A stretch of 32,874 nucleotides of DNA from Deltaproteobacteria bacterium (lineage in GTDB: Bacteria; Myxococcota; Kuafuiibacteriia; Kuafuiibacteriales; Kuafuiibacteriaceae), in NCBI GenBank assembly GCA_040218735.1, contig JAVJQW010000026.1, positions 1 to 32,874 of the forward strand, given 5' to 3'. Under the pieces are notes generated by a model. It worked only from the letters and a program-made list of their open reading frames with translations. It made no database searches and was not told the DNA's origin. The stretch's first letter is position 1. Every line of letters begins with the position of its first letter. The position numbers were made by a program, and so were the translations under genes. Positions 1 to 10,222 of the stretch are shown here, one piece after another.

Positions 1-2
1 CG

Positions 3-20
3 TTCTGGGGGAACGCGTAA
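3..20 (+). CDS. Possible last codons (..FWGNA*) of the intron-encoded reverse transcriptase/maturase
   Basis: TAA at 18-20 lies just upstream of domain V, where an intron ORF in domain IV would end. Too short to verify. Confidence 0.3.
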   Translation, partial: FWGNA

Positions 21-125
21 TGCAGCAACTCAAGAGACCACCGGTAAGCCGTGTGCGGGAAATCCGCACGCACGGTTTGAAAGGGGGTCTTGATTCACTC
101 TTCCGCCGAACGGCGGCAAAGGAAT

Positions 126-130
126 AAGGA
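126..130 (+). promoter_or_regulatory. Shine-Dalgarno AAGGA inside intron domain VI, serving the ATG at 138
   Basis: AAGGA, 7-nt spacer, then the ATG that opens a signal-peptide ORF. Confidence 0.7.
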
Positions 131-137
131 TCTACCA

Positions 138-1757
138 ATGAAGTTAGCGCTGCGCATCCTCACGCTCTCCCTCGCACTCGCCAGCTGCGCCGCCTCGGCG
201 CAGACCCGGCCCGACCCCGAGGCGTCGCGGGTCGTCATCTTCAAGGACGGTCACGCGTTGATCGTTCGGACCTTCACCGCCGAGACGAACGAGCGCGGCG
301 AGGTGCACCTCGACGAGGTTCCGGAGGCCGCGATCCTCGGATCGTTCTGGGCGACCTCCGACGCCGGGGATCTGATCGGGATGCACGCCGGTTTCAGGGA
401 CGTCGAGGTGAAGAAGGAGCGCCGCGTCGTTGCGGGATCGCACCACGGGCTGCTCGCCGCCAACGTCGGCAAACGTGTCGAGCTGCGCTACGCGGACGGG
501 GCGACGTTCACCGGGAAGGTCGCCGAGGTGCTCGGACACGACGAGCCAGAGATCGGCTCGGTGTTCGTGCTCGAGACCGCGGACGGCGACGTGGTGCTCT
601 CTACGAAGGGCATCCGGTCGATCGTCACCGACGACATCACCACCGCGCACACCGAGAAGGTCGAGACCAAGGAGCGGAAGAAGCGACTGACGTTGCGCTT
701 CGCGGAGAAGAACGCGCGCCGCGAGATCACGCTGACGTACTTTCGACCGGGGGTGCGTTGGATCCCGACGTACCGACTCGATCTCGAGTCATCGAAGAAG
801 GCGAAGCTCACGCTGCAGGCGGAGATCATCAACGAGGCCGAGGATCTCAGCGGTCTGCCGATCGACGTGATCGTCGGCGTCCCGAACTTTCGCTTCAAGG
901 ACGCAGTGAGCCCGATGATCCTCGAAGCGCGCTTGAAGCAGACCCTCGCCGCCGTGGCGCCCTCGCTCTCCGCGCAGGTGCAGTCGTTCTCCAACGCGAG
1001 CTACGAGCGTCGGGCGCCCGAGGAGCGCGCGGCGGTCGCGGCGCTCCCGTCGGAGCTCGCCGGATCGCTGCAGGGGGATCTGTTCGTCTTCTCGCTCCCG
1101 GCGATGGAGCTGCGCCGCGGTGACCGCGCGGCGGTTCGGGTCTTCGAACGCAAGGTGTCGTACCGCCACGTGTACACCTGGGACCTCCAGCTGCGGACGG
1201 GCTCACTCGTCCGCACGCCCGCGCAGATCGGTTCGCCGCTCGACATCGCTAAGAACGAAGTCTGGCACCAGCTCGAGCTCACGAACGACACCGACACGGT
1301 GTGGACGACGGGCGCGGTGATGGTGATGAGCGACGGGCGTCCGCTCGCGCAGGAGCTGATGACGTACACGTCGCGCGGCGATCGCGTTCGAGTGCCGCTG
1401 ACGATCTCCGTCGAGACGCGCGGCACGGCGGACGAGGAGGAGACGGGACGCAAGCTCGACGCGCTGCGGTGGGACCACAAGGCGTACGCACGGGTGGATC
1501 GGAAGGCGAAGCTGTCGTTGTGCAATCACAAGCCGGAGGCGATCGACGTGGAGGTCACGCTGCACCTCGGCGGGCGGGCTACGAAGGCGAGCCACAAGGG
1601 CAAGGTCGTCCTCGGTCCGTATCGGTCGCAGGACTGGGCGCGGTACCGCGGCTCACCCGCGGTGAACAACAGCTCGACGGTGAAGTGGACGCGGCGGCTC
1701 GGTCCCGGCGAGACGTTCGAGCCCACCGTCGTGTACCGCTACTTCGACGTGCAGTAG
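138..1757 (+). CDS. Secreted DUF4139-like protein
   Basis: Signal peptide MKLALRILTLSLALASCAASA. Motifs SRVVIFKDGHALI, LTYFRPGVRWIPTYRLDL, GDLFVFSL and WHQLELTNDTDTVWTTG resemble DUF4139 proteins. Start moved from 90 to 138. Confidence 0.75.
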   Translation: MKLALRILTLSLALASCAASAQTRPDPEASRVVIFKDGHALIVRTFTAETNERGEVHLDEVPEAAILGSFWATSDAGDLIGMHAGFRDVEVKKERRVVAGSHHGLLAANVGKRVELRYADGATFTGKVAEVLGHDEPEIGSVFVLETADGDVVLSTKGIRSIVTDDITTAHTEKVETKERKKRLTLRFAEKNARREITLTYFRPGVRWIPTYRLDLESSKKAKLTLQAEIINEAEDLSGLPIDVIVGVPNFRFKDAVSPMILEARLKQTLAAVAPSLSAQVQSFSNASYERRAPEERAAVAALPSELAGSLQGDLFVFSLPAMELRRGDRAAVRVFERKVSYRHVYTWDLQLRTGSLVRTPAQIGSPLDIAKNEVWHQLELTNDTDTVWTTGAVMVMSDGRPLAQELMTYTSRGDRVRVPLTISVETRGTADEEETGRKLDALRWDHKAYARVDRKAKLSLCNHKPEAIDVEVTLHLGGRATKASHKGKVVLGPYRSQDWARYRGSPAVNNSSTVKWTRRLGPGETFEPTVVYRYFDVQ

Positions 1758-1758
1758 G

Positions 1759-2688
1759 TCAGGTGCCGTTCGAGACACCCCACACGAACCCGCACCGCAA
1801 GATGCGTTGCACGACGGTGTCGACGGGCGTCGGTTCGGGCGCGAGCTCGGCGGCGAGGGCGCGCGCGCGTTCGAAGTCGGGCAGGCCCGAGGTGGTCACC
1901 GCGTAGAGGACGAGCCGATGAACGCCGGCGAGCTGCGCCGCGACGAGCTGGAGCAGCGGCATCAAGACCCGATCGCCGCCGTACGCTCCGCAGCCCCAGA
2001 AGCCGGAGTGCACGACCGCTGGTCCCGCGGAGGACTCGACTGCCGCCGAGAAGCCGCTGAACGCGGTGTCGAGGATGAAGGTGAGCTGCGCTTCGGTGTA
2101 GGCGCCGACGTGGCCGAACGGCGCCTCCATCGCGAGCAGGTTCGACCGCGTGGGGGGATCGAGGTCCGTGAGGGCGCGTTCGATGACGTCGTCGGACGCG
2201 ACTGCGAATGCGTTGCCGTAGATCTCGCGAGTGTCGATCGCGACGCGCCGCTCGACGCCGCGCACCAGGACGGGGGTGGCGCGTCCGTCCTCGACGGTGA
2301 GCGGCGTGACGATCGGGTCCGCGAGCAACGCCTCGGTCAGCGAGGCGAGCGCGGGGTGCTCCGCGACTTGGATTTCGTCCTGCGCAAAGAGTCGGGTGCC
2401 GTAGCAGGAGAACAGCTCGTGGTGCGCGAAGTTCAGGTACCAGTCGGTGGCGCCTTCGGTCGTCGTGTACGCGAAGATGGTCGGGCGTAGCTCGAGGTCG
2501 AGCGCGCGTGGATCGAATGAACCCGTCGGGTGCTGCGAACCGAAGCGACGGACCTCGATCGTGCCGTGGTGATGAGTCCCGGCGGGGGCGATGCGTTCGA
2601 AGAGCGCGCGTTTCTTCGCCGAGCGGAACTCGGCGGGGTGCTCGGCGACGAGCCGAGGGGTTTCGAAGCGGGCCTCTTGGAGCAACAC
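1759..2688 (-). CDS. PARG-like (poly-ADP-ribose glycohydrolase) macrodomain protein
   Basis: YLNFAH...LFAQDEIQVAEHP parallels canonical PARG DFAN...VQEEIxFxIxPE. HSGFWGCGAYGGD parallels TGNWGCGAFGGD. Confidence 0.75.
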   Translation of the reverse strand: MLLQEARFETPRLVAEHPAEFRSAKKRALFERIAPAGTHHHGTIEVRRFGSQHPTGSFDPRALDLELRPTIFAYTTTEGATDWYLNFAHHELFSCYGTRLFAQDEIQVAEHPALASLTEALLADPIVTPLTVEDGRATPVLVRGVERRVAIDTREIYGNAFAVASDDVIERALTDLDPPTRSNLLAMEAPFGHVGAYTEAQLTFILDTAFSGFSAAVESSAGPAVVHSGFWGCGAYGGDRVLMPLLQLVAAQLAGVHRLVLYAVTTSGLPDFERARALAAELAPEPTPVDTVVQRILRCGFVWGVSNGT

Positions 2689-2810
2689 GTCGCCAGAGTC
2701 GCAGTGAGCGCCATAAAAGTCAACATGACCTTATTGTTGTCCTTGTGACTTTAAGGTCGGGTGCCGAAGTCTTCACCGGAACGGGCGCGAGCGCAGTATC
2801 GTGCGCCGCG

Positions 2811-3671
2811 GTGTCGGCGCTCGTCTGGTCCATGCTCCTCGTGAGCGTCACCGTCCCGAAGGTCACCGTCGAAGTCGATGGTTACTGCCTGCGGGAGGAG
2901 GTCGCGCCGCCGTTCGAAGGGTTGGCGTCGGCGTCCTGGATCCTGGTGCGGACGTCGACCCAAAGCCTCGCGGTCTCGGTCGTCACCCCGGCGCAGCAGC
3001 TCGAGCGGAGCGTCCCGTTGGACGGCGGGTGCGCGGTCGCCGCGGAGCGCGCCGCGCTGATGATCGAGCGTGCGCTCGAACCCATGTTCGCGGACGACAC
3101 CCACGCCGGCCTCACGCTGCCGGCGCCGCCGCCGTCGCCGCAGGCGGTGCCGTTCGCCGTGGGCGCGTCGTGGCTCCTCGACACCGGGCGCGTGCGTACC
3201 GGGCCGGGGGTGTTCGTTCGAGCGGGGTGGGGTGCTTGGTACGCCGAGGTCGCGGGCGGCGTGTTGTTGTCGCAGTCGCAGGACGTGGATCGCGGTGGTC
3301 GCACGATCGGCACGATCGCGGCGTGGTCGTTGTTCGCGGAGGCGCGCGCGGCGCGCTGCTTCGATCTCGACGTCGTGCAGACCTGCGGACGCGCGGGGAT
3401 CGGCGCGGAGCGGACAGCGGGGCGCGGGTCGGGAGATCTGGTGTTCGACGAACGGTCGGTCGCGGCGTGGGGCCTGCGGAGCTCCGCGACCGTGACGGTG
3501 GAGCTGCTCCCGCTGCGCCCGGTCTCGGCGGTGGTGTTCGGTGGTGTCGTCTGGCGTCCGAGCCCAGACTCCTTCGCGGTCGACGACGCGGGCCCGGATT
3601 GGCAAGTGCCCGAGATCGCGGCGCTGTTCGGCTTGGAGCTGGGTTTCTTTGGCGCCCTCGAGATTTTTTGA
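2811..3671 (+). CDS. Hypothetical exported/outer-membrane protein upstream of ECF sigma
   Basis: Hydrophobic N-terminus, Pro linker, amphipathic beta-strand-like C-terminal half ending in F. Start is GTG 2811 or ATG 2832. Confidence 0.6.
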   Translation: MSALVWSMLLVSVTVPKVTVEVDGYCLREEVAPPFEGLASASWILVRTSTQSLAVSVVTPAQQLERSVPLDGGCAVAAERAALMIERALEPMFADDTHAGLTLPAPPPSPQAVPFAVGASWLLDTGRVRTGPGVFVRAGWGAWYAEVAGGVLLSQSQDVDRGGRTIGTIAAWSLFAEARAARCFDLDVVQTCGRAGIGAERTAGRGSGDLVFDERSVAAWGLRSSATVTVELLPLRPVSAVVFGGVVWRPSPDSFAVDDAGPDWQVPEIAALFGLELGFFGALEIF

Positions 3672-3717
3672 AGGCGAGGAGCTGCTCGCCCCATTCACGG
3701 GTGTCGACGGCGGACCC

Positions 3718-4340
3718 GTGCATGCGAAGACGGCGGCGGCGCCCCTCGCGGGGCGCTCGGGAGGCGATGGCGCCGAGGTGGATTCGTCCGACCTCGAGCT
3801 GGTCGCGCGTGCGCGCTCCGGAGACCGAGCCGCCTGGAGGCTCATCTACGAGCGTCAGTTCGACTACGTGTTCCGGATCGCGCGTCGCCTCGGCACGCCC
3901 GACTCGGAGGCCGAAGACGTTGCGCAGGAGGTGTTCGAGATCATGCTGGCTCGACTCGATCGGTTCACCTACGGGCGCCTCACGACCTGGACGTTTCGCA
4001 TCACTTCGAACGTGGTCTCGGACCGTCACCGGCGGCGACGGGTGCGCCGGGCGTTCGAGAAGCTCGGCGTCGTCGCACCCGAGCGGCCCGCGCCGCCGAC
4101 GCCCGAGCGGGTGGCGGAGTCGAACAGCGCGAGTCGGGCGGTGCGGCAGATCCTCGAGCGCATGAGCCCCAAGAAACGCGAAGTCTTCGTGTTGTTCGAG
4201 CTGGAAGGGCTGTCGGGCGCCGAGGTCGCGCAGCACGTCGACTGTCCGGAGGGCACCGTCTGGACGCGCCTGCACCACGCCCGACGCGACTTCGTGCGCA
4301 TCGGTCGCAAGCTGGGTTGCATCGAACCGGAGGACGCACC

Positions 4341-4344
<4 letters not shown>
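3718..4344 (+). CDS. ECF (sigma-70 group 4) RNA polymerase sigma factor
   Basis: DLELVARARSGDRAAWRLIYER, AEDVAQEVF, TWTFRITSN (region 2); REVFVLFELEGLSGAEVA...GTVWTRLHHAR (region 4). Start uncertain (3718 or 3778). Confidence 0.93.
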
Positions 4345-6020
<1,676 letters not shown>

Positions 6021-6064
6021 AGGAACGAAACCGCCGCGCCATTCACCAGCGAAAGGACGACGTC

Positions 6065-7189
6065 ATGTCACAACACTCCAAACTCACACTCGTCTCCATC
6101 GCTCTACTCTTCGCCGCGTGCGGCGAGGCCGACACCCAACCCGTCGGCTCCGCCTACCTCGCGAAGCAGCTCGTCCGCGCCGGCAACGGCGGAACGCTCC
6201 AAGTCAGCGCCGACGCCCCCGCCACCTACGCAGGCGCACGCCTCGAAGTCCCCGCCAACGCGCTCGACGAGGACACCGTCCTCACGATGGCACCCGGCGG
6301 GAGCGACGTCCTCGTCGACGACGCCACCAGCGCCGGCCCCGCCATCGCGTTCGGCCCGGCCGGTACGACCTTCACGACGCCCGCGCGCGTGGTGCTCCCG
6401 TACGTCGGCGGCGTGACGCCGGAGCTCATCCGCGTCTACGTGCTCGAGGACGACGGCACCCGTTCGATGATCCTCCCCGACGCGATCACCGTCGACGAGG
6501 ACGCCGGGACGCTCACCTTCGAGGTCGAGCACTTCACCCAGTTCCAGGGCGGCTCCGCCGGCAACCCGTGCGCCGGGGTGATGTGTCCGCAGGGGCAGAC
6601 GTGTCAGCAGGGTCAGTGCGCGCCCGCGAGCTGCGGCGTCGGCTGCGCCTGCAGCACGAGCGCCGACTGTGACCGTGCGCTGGTGTGCACCGCCGGCGCG
6701 TGCGCCGCGCCCCCGTGCACCGCGGTGGGCTGTGCCTGCGCGAGCAACGCAGATTGCGCCACGGGCCTCGTGTGCTCCGCGGCCGGTCAGTGCGCGACGC
6801 CGCCGCCGCCGCCGCCCGTGTGTGGCAACGGCGTGGTCGAGTCCGGTGAGCAGTGCGACGACGGCAACACCACGAACGGCGACGGCTGCGACGACATGTG
6901 CCAGACCGAGGTGCCCCCGGGCTGCACGGTCCAGGTGATGTCGGGCCCGCTCCCGAACGGCACCGTTGGCGTGCGCTACGCCGCGCGGCTCCCGGCGACC
7001 GGCGCGCTCGGCGCCGCGGCGACCTGGACGATCATCAGCGGCTCGCTCCCCGCGGGGCTCGGCCTCGACATGGCGACCGGCGACATCTTCGGCGTCCCGA
7101 CCACGGCGGGGAACTCGCCGTTCGTCGCCGAGGCCAGCGTGCCCAACTGCACGCCGGGCTCGGGCCAGTTCCTCATCACGGTGCAGTAG
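6065..7189 (+). CDS. Cys-rich lipoprotein (ZU5-like N-domain, Cys-rich repeats, myxobacterial Cys-rich/DUF4215-like repeat, putative Ig domain)
   Basis: Lipobox FAAC; LEVPANAL...FGPAGTTFTTPARV...HFT (ZU5-like); CGNGVVESGEQCDDGNTTNGDGCDDMC; LPNGTVGVRY...GSLPAGLGLD..TGDIFGVPT (He_PIG-like). AAAGGA upstream. Confidence 0.85.
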   Translation: MSQHSKLTLVSIALLFAACGEADTQPVGSAYLAKQLVRAGNGGTLQVSADAPATYAGARLEVPANALDEDTVLTMAPGGSDVLVDDATSAGPAIAFGPAGTTFTTPARVVLPYVGGVTPELIRVYVLEDDGTRSMILPDAITVDEDAGTLTFEVEHFTQFQGGSAGNPCAGVMCPQGQTCQQGQCAPASCGVGCACSTSADCDRALVCTAGACAAPPCTAVGCACASNADCATGLVCSAAGQCATPPPPPPVCGNGVVESGEQCDDGNTTNGDGCDDMCQTEVPPGCTVQVMSGPLPNGTVGVRYAARLPATGALGAAATWTIISGSLPAGLGLDMATGDIFGVPTTAGNSPFVAEASVPNCTPGSGQFLITVQ

Positions 7190-7257
7190 TTCGAAGGAGG
7201 CGCAGCGCGCCGCTGTCCGCTGGGCACGGTGCGCTGCGTCCGCTAAGAAGGCGCGCG

Positions 7258-8208
7258 ATGACGCGTCATCTCCCGCTCCTGCTCCTCCTCGGCTGCGCGA
7301 CCGCGCCGACCCACGCCCCTCCGACGACCGCCCCCGCACCTGACGCCCACCGCATCGCGGCCGTGCAGTACGAGATCCGCGCGGGGCGCACTGCCGAGCA
7401 GGTCATCGCGACGCTCGACGCGCAGATCCAACAGGCCGCCGACCACCACGCCGAGCTGGTCCTCCTCCCCGAGCTGTTCCTGTTCGACGTGTGGGCCGAC
7501 GTCATCGAGGACGAATCCAAGTACGTGCGCGAGGTCGCCGCCGAGGTCACACCGAAGGTCAACGCAGCGGTCGCCGCGATGGCGAAGGAACGCGGCATCG
7601 CGATCCTCGTCGGCTCCGCGCCCGAGCTGCGCGACGGCAAGCTCTACAACACCGCGCGCCTCTTCTTCCCGGACGGGCGGGTCGTCGCGCAGGACAAGGT
7701 GTTCCTCACCGCGTGGGGCAAGAAGGTCGGCATGACCCCGGGCGCCGCCCTCGAGGTCTTCGACGCGCCGTGGGGCAAGAGCGTGATCCTCGTGTGTTAC
7801 GACGTCGAGATCCCCGCGCTGTCGAACGCGCTCGTGAAGACGCGCCCCGAGGTGTTCCTGGTCCCGTCCATGACCGAGTCGGAGCACGGCTTCTACCGGG
7901 TGCGCTGGGCCGCGCAGGCGAGGGCGATCGAGCACCACGCGTACGTCGTCGTCGCGGGCACGGTCGGCCGCCCGTCGAAGGAGTGGGCGCACTTCGGACA
8001 GGCCGCGTTCCTCACGCCGCACGACCGCGGCTTCGCGGGGACCCTCGCGGAGGGCCCGCGGGACACGGAGGCGATCGTGTACGGAGACCTCGACCTCGCC
8101 AAGCTCCGCGCGAGCCGCGAGGCGGTGACGTTCTACCCGGCGAAGGACCAGACGCGGACCGCGAGCGTTGCCGGGGCCGCCCCGCTGATCTACGACCGCT
8201 CGCGGTGA
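7258..8208 (+). CDS. Carbon-nitrogen hydrolase (nitrilase superfamily) lipoprotein
   Basis: Lipobox LLGC; catalytic E-K-C motifs LPELF, QDKVFL, VCYDVE; RAIEH. Confidence 0.88.
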   Translation: MTRHLPLLLLLGCATAPTHAPPTTAPAPDAHRIAAVQYEIRAGRTAEQVIATLDAQIQQAADHHAELVLLPELFLFDVWADVIEDESKYVREVAAEVTPKVNAAVAAMAKERGIAILVGSAPELRDGKLYNTARLFFPDGRVVAQDKVFLTAWGKKVGMTPGAALEVFDAPWGKSVILVCYDVEIPALSNALVKTRPEVFLVPSMTESEHGFYRVRWAAQARAIEHHAYVVVAGTVGRPSKEWAHFGQAAFLTPHDRGFAGTLAEGPRDTEAIVYGDLDLAKLRASREAVTFYPAKDQTRTASVAGAAPLIYDRSR

Positions 8209-8936
8209 CCCCCGTCGCGATCGTGGTGCAGGCGCGCATGAGCAGCCGCCGACTCCCGAACAAGGTGCTCATGCCGCTCGCGGGCGCGCCTTCGTTGGTG
8301 CAGATGATCCATCGCCTACGCATGGTGAAGAACGCCGACGCGCTGGTGGTCGCGACCTCGACGGAGGCCTCCGACGATCCGGTGGAAGCGACGTGCCGCG
8401 AACACGGCGTCGACGTCCACCGGGGCTCGCTCGACGACGTCCTCGCGCGGGTCCTCGACGCGGCGCCCGCCGGCCACGACGTCGTTCGCCTCACCGCGGA
8501 CTGCCCGTTGATCGATCCCGCGCTCGTCGACCTGTGTATCGAGCGCTTCTTCGCTTCGCCCGACGCGGGTTACGTGACGAACGCCGTCGAGCGCACGTAC
8601 CCGGACGGCTTCGACGTGGAGGTCGTCCGCCGCGCTTGGCTGGAGCGCGCGCGCGACGAAGCGACCGACACCTACGACCGCGAGCACGTCACGCCCTGGG
8701 TTCGCCGGAACGCTCCGCGCGTCGACGTCACGCAAGACGTCGACCTCGCGGCGATCCGCCTGACCCTCGACGAGCCCGAGGACTACGCGATCATCGCGGC
8801 GGTCTACGAGGCGCTGGGGCCCGACGCCACGACGCCGCAGATCTACGCGCTGCTCAAAAAGCGCCCCGAGCTCATTCGCCTCGCCACCGAGGAGGCCGTC
8901 GAGACCTACGTCGCGCGGCTGGAGACGTTGTCATGA
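8205..8936 (+). CDS. spsF: SpsF-type cytidylyltransferase (probable CMP-nonulosonic acid synthetase)
   Basis: IVVQARMSSRRLPNKVL, RGSLDDVLAR, VRLTADCPLIDP, YPDGFDVE, REHVTPW, RLTLDEPED. Confidence 0.88.
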   Translation: MTPVAIVVQARMSSRRLPNKVLMPLAGAPSLVQMIHRLRMVKNADALVVATSTEASDDPVEATCREHGVDVHRGSLDDVLARVLDAAPAGHDVVRLTADCPLIDPALVDLCIERFFASPDAGYVTNAVERTYPDGFDVEVVRRAWLERARDEATDTYDREHVTPWVRRNAPRVDVTQDVDLAAIRLTLDEPEDYAIIAAVYEALGPDATTPQIYALLKKRPELIRLATEEAVETYVARLETLS

Positions 8937-10222
8937 ACCTCTACGAACGCGCCAAACAGCTCATCCCCGGCGGAACGCAGCTGTTGAGCAAACGCCCCGA
9001 GCTGTTCCTGCCGGACCGATGGCCCGCCTACTACAAGAGCGCGAAGGGCACCGAGGTCGAGGCGCTCGACGGGCGGCGCTTCGTGGACGTCACGTTGTTC
9101 GGCGTCGGTGCGTGTCCGCTCGGGTACGCGGACCCCGACGTGGAGGCCGCGGTCGTCGACGCCGTGCGCGGCGGGTCGATGTGCACGCTCAACGCGCCCG
9201 AGGAGGTCGCGCTCGCGGAGCGGCTCGTCGGGTTGCATCCGTGGTCCGAGCAGGTGCGCTACGCGCGCTCGGGCGGGGAGGCGATGGCGATCGCGGTGCG
9301 CATCGCACGCGCCGCTTCGGGCAAGGACCGCGTCCTCTTTTGCGGCTACCACGGCTGGCACGACTGGTACCTCGCCGCGAACCTCGCCGACGACGCCGCG
9401 CTCGACGGCCACCTGCTGCCGGCGCTCGAACCCGGGGGGGTGCCGAAGGCGCTCGCGGGATCCGTCGTGCCGTTCTCGGACCGCGCTTCGTTCGACGCCG
9501 CGATCACCAAGTACGATGACGTCGGCGTGATCGTCATGGAGCCGGCGCGCTACGCGATGCCGGACGACGGGTACCTCGAACACGTCCGCGACGAGGCGGC
9601 GCGGGTCGGGGCGGTGCTGATCTTCGACGAGATCACCGCGGGCTTTCGGATGCACGTCGGCGGGTTGCACCAGCGGCTCGGCGTCGCACCCGACGTGGCG
9701 GTGTTCGCGAAGGCGATGAGCAATGGCTACGCGATGGCGGCGGTGATCGGGCGGCGTGAGGTGATGGAGGCGGTCCAAAGCACGTTCATCAGCAGCACGT
9801 ACTGGACGGAGCGCATCGGCCCGGCCGCCGCGCTCGCTACGATCGACAAACTCGAACGCGAAGACGGGCCCGCGCGCATGGCGGCCGCGGGGGATCGAAT
9901 GCGGGCCGGGTGGCTCGCGGCGGCGGAGACGGCGGGGTTGCCGATCGGTACGAAGGGCGTCGCGCCGTTGCCGTCGTTCACGATCGAACACGACGCCCGC
10001 GCGCCGCTCGCGACGCTCTACACTCAGTGGATGCTCGATGAGGGCTACCTCGCTTCGGGCGCGTTCTACGCGACGTGCGCGCACGACGACGCGACGATCG
10101 ACCGCGCGCTGGAGGCCTCCGCGAAGTGTTTCACGCGGATGAAAGAGGCGATCGACGAAGACAAGATCGAAGCCTCGCTCACCGGTCCGGTGGCGAGCGC
10201 CGGGTTGAGGAAGTCACGATGA
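8933..10222 (+). CDS. Class III PLP aminotransferase (glutamate-1-semialdehyde aminomutase-like)
   Basis: IPGGTQLLSKRP, GYHGWHDW, LIFDEITAGFR, PDVAVFAKAMSNG, ISSTYW. Confidence 0.9.
   Translation: MNLYERAKQLIPGGTQLLSKRPELFLPDRWPAYYKSAKGTEVEALDGRRFVDVTLFGVGACPLGYADPDVEAAVVDAVRGGSMCTLNAPEEVALAERLVGLHPWSEQVRYARSGGEAMAIAVRIARAASGKDRVLFCGYHGWHDWYLAANLADDAALDGHLLPALEPGGVPKALAGSVVPFSDRASFDAAITKYDDVGVIVMEPARYAMPDDGYLEHVRDEAARVGAVLIFDEITAGFRMHVGGLHQRLGVAPDVAVFAKAMSNGYAMAAVIGRREVMEAVQSTFISSTYWTERIGPAAALATIDKLEREDGPARMAAAGDRMRAGWLAAAETAGLPIGTKGVAPLPSFTIEHDARAPLATLYTQWMLDEGYLASGAFYATCAHDDATIDRALEASAKCFTRMKEAIDEDKIEASLTGPVASAGLRKSR

Larger units (their letters stand above)
1..140 (+). mobile_element. Group II intron, 3' end (domain V, domain VI, 3' splice site); truncated by window start
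   Basis: 46-78 AAGCCGTGTGCGGGAAATCCGCACGCACGGTTT is a typical domain V (AGC triad, GAAA-type loop, AC bulge). 83-136 folds as domain VI: G83-C136, G84-C135, bulged A134, G85.U133, G86-C132, G87.U131, U88-A130, C89-G129 and so on, capped by CCGCC-GAAC-GGCGG. The 3' end is at T139 or G140. Confidence 0.92.

Noticed and set aside
90-137. N-terminal extension of ORF 90..1757 from a TTG
   Set aside because: It lies within intron domain VI; the SD and signal peptide point to ATG 138.
8933-10222. Annotation as hemL
   Set aside because: It is embedded and coupled in a sugar operon; the family is shared but the tetrapyrrole role is unsupported.
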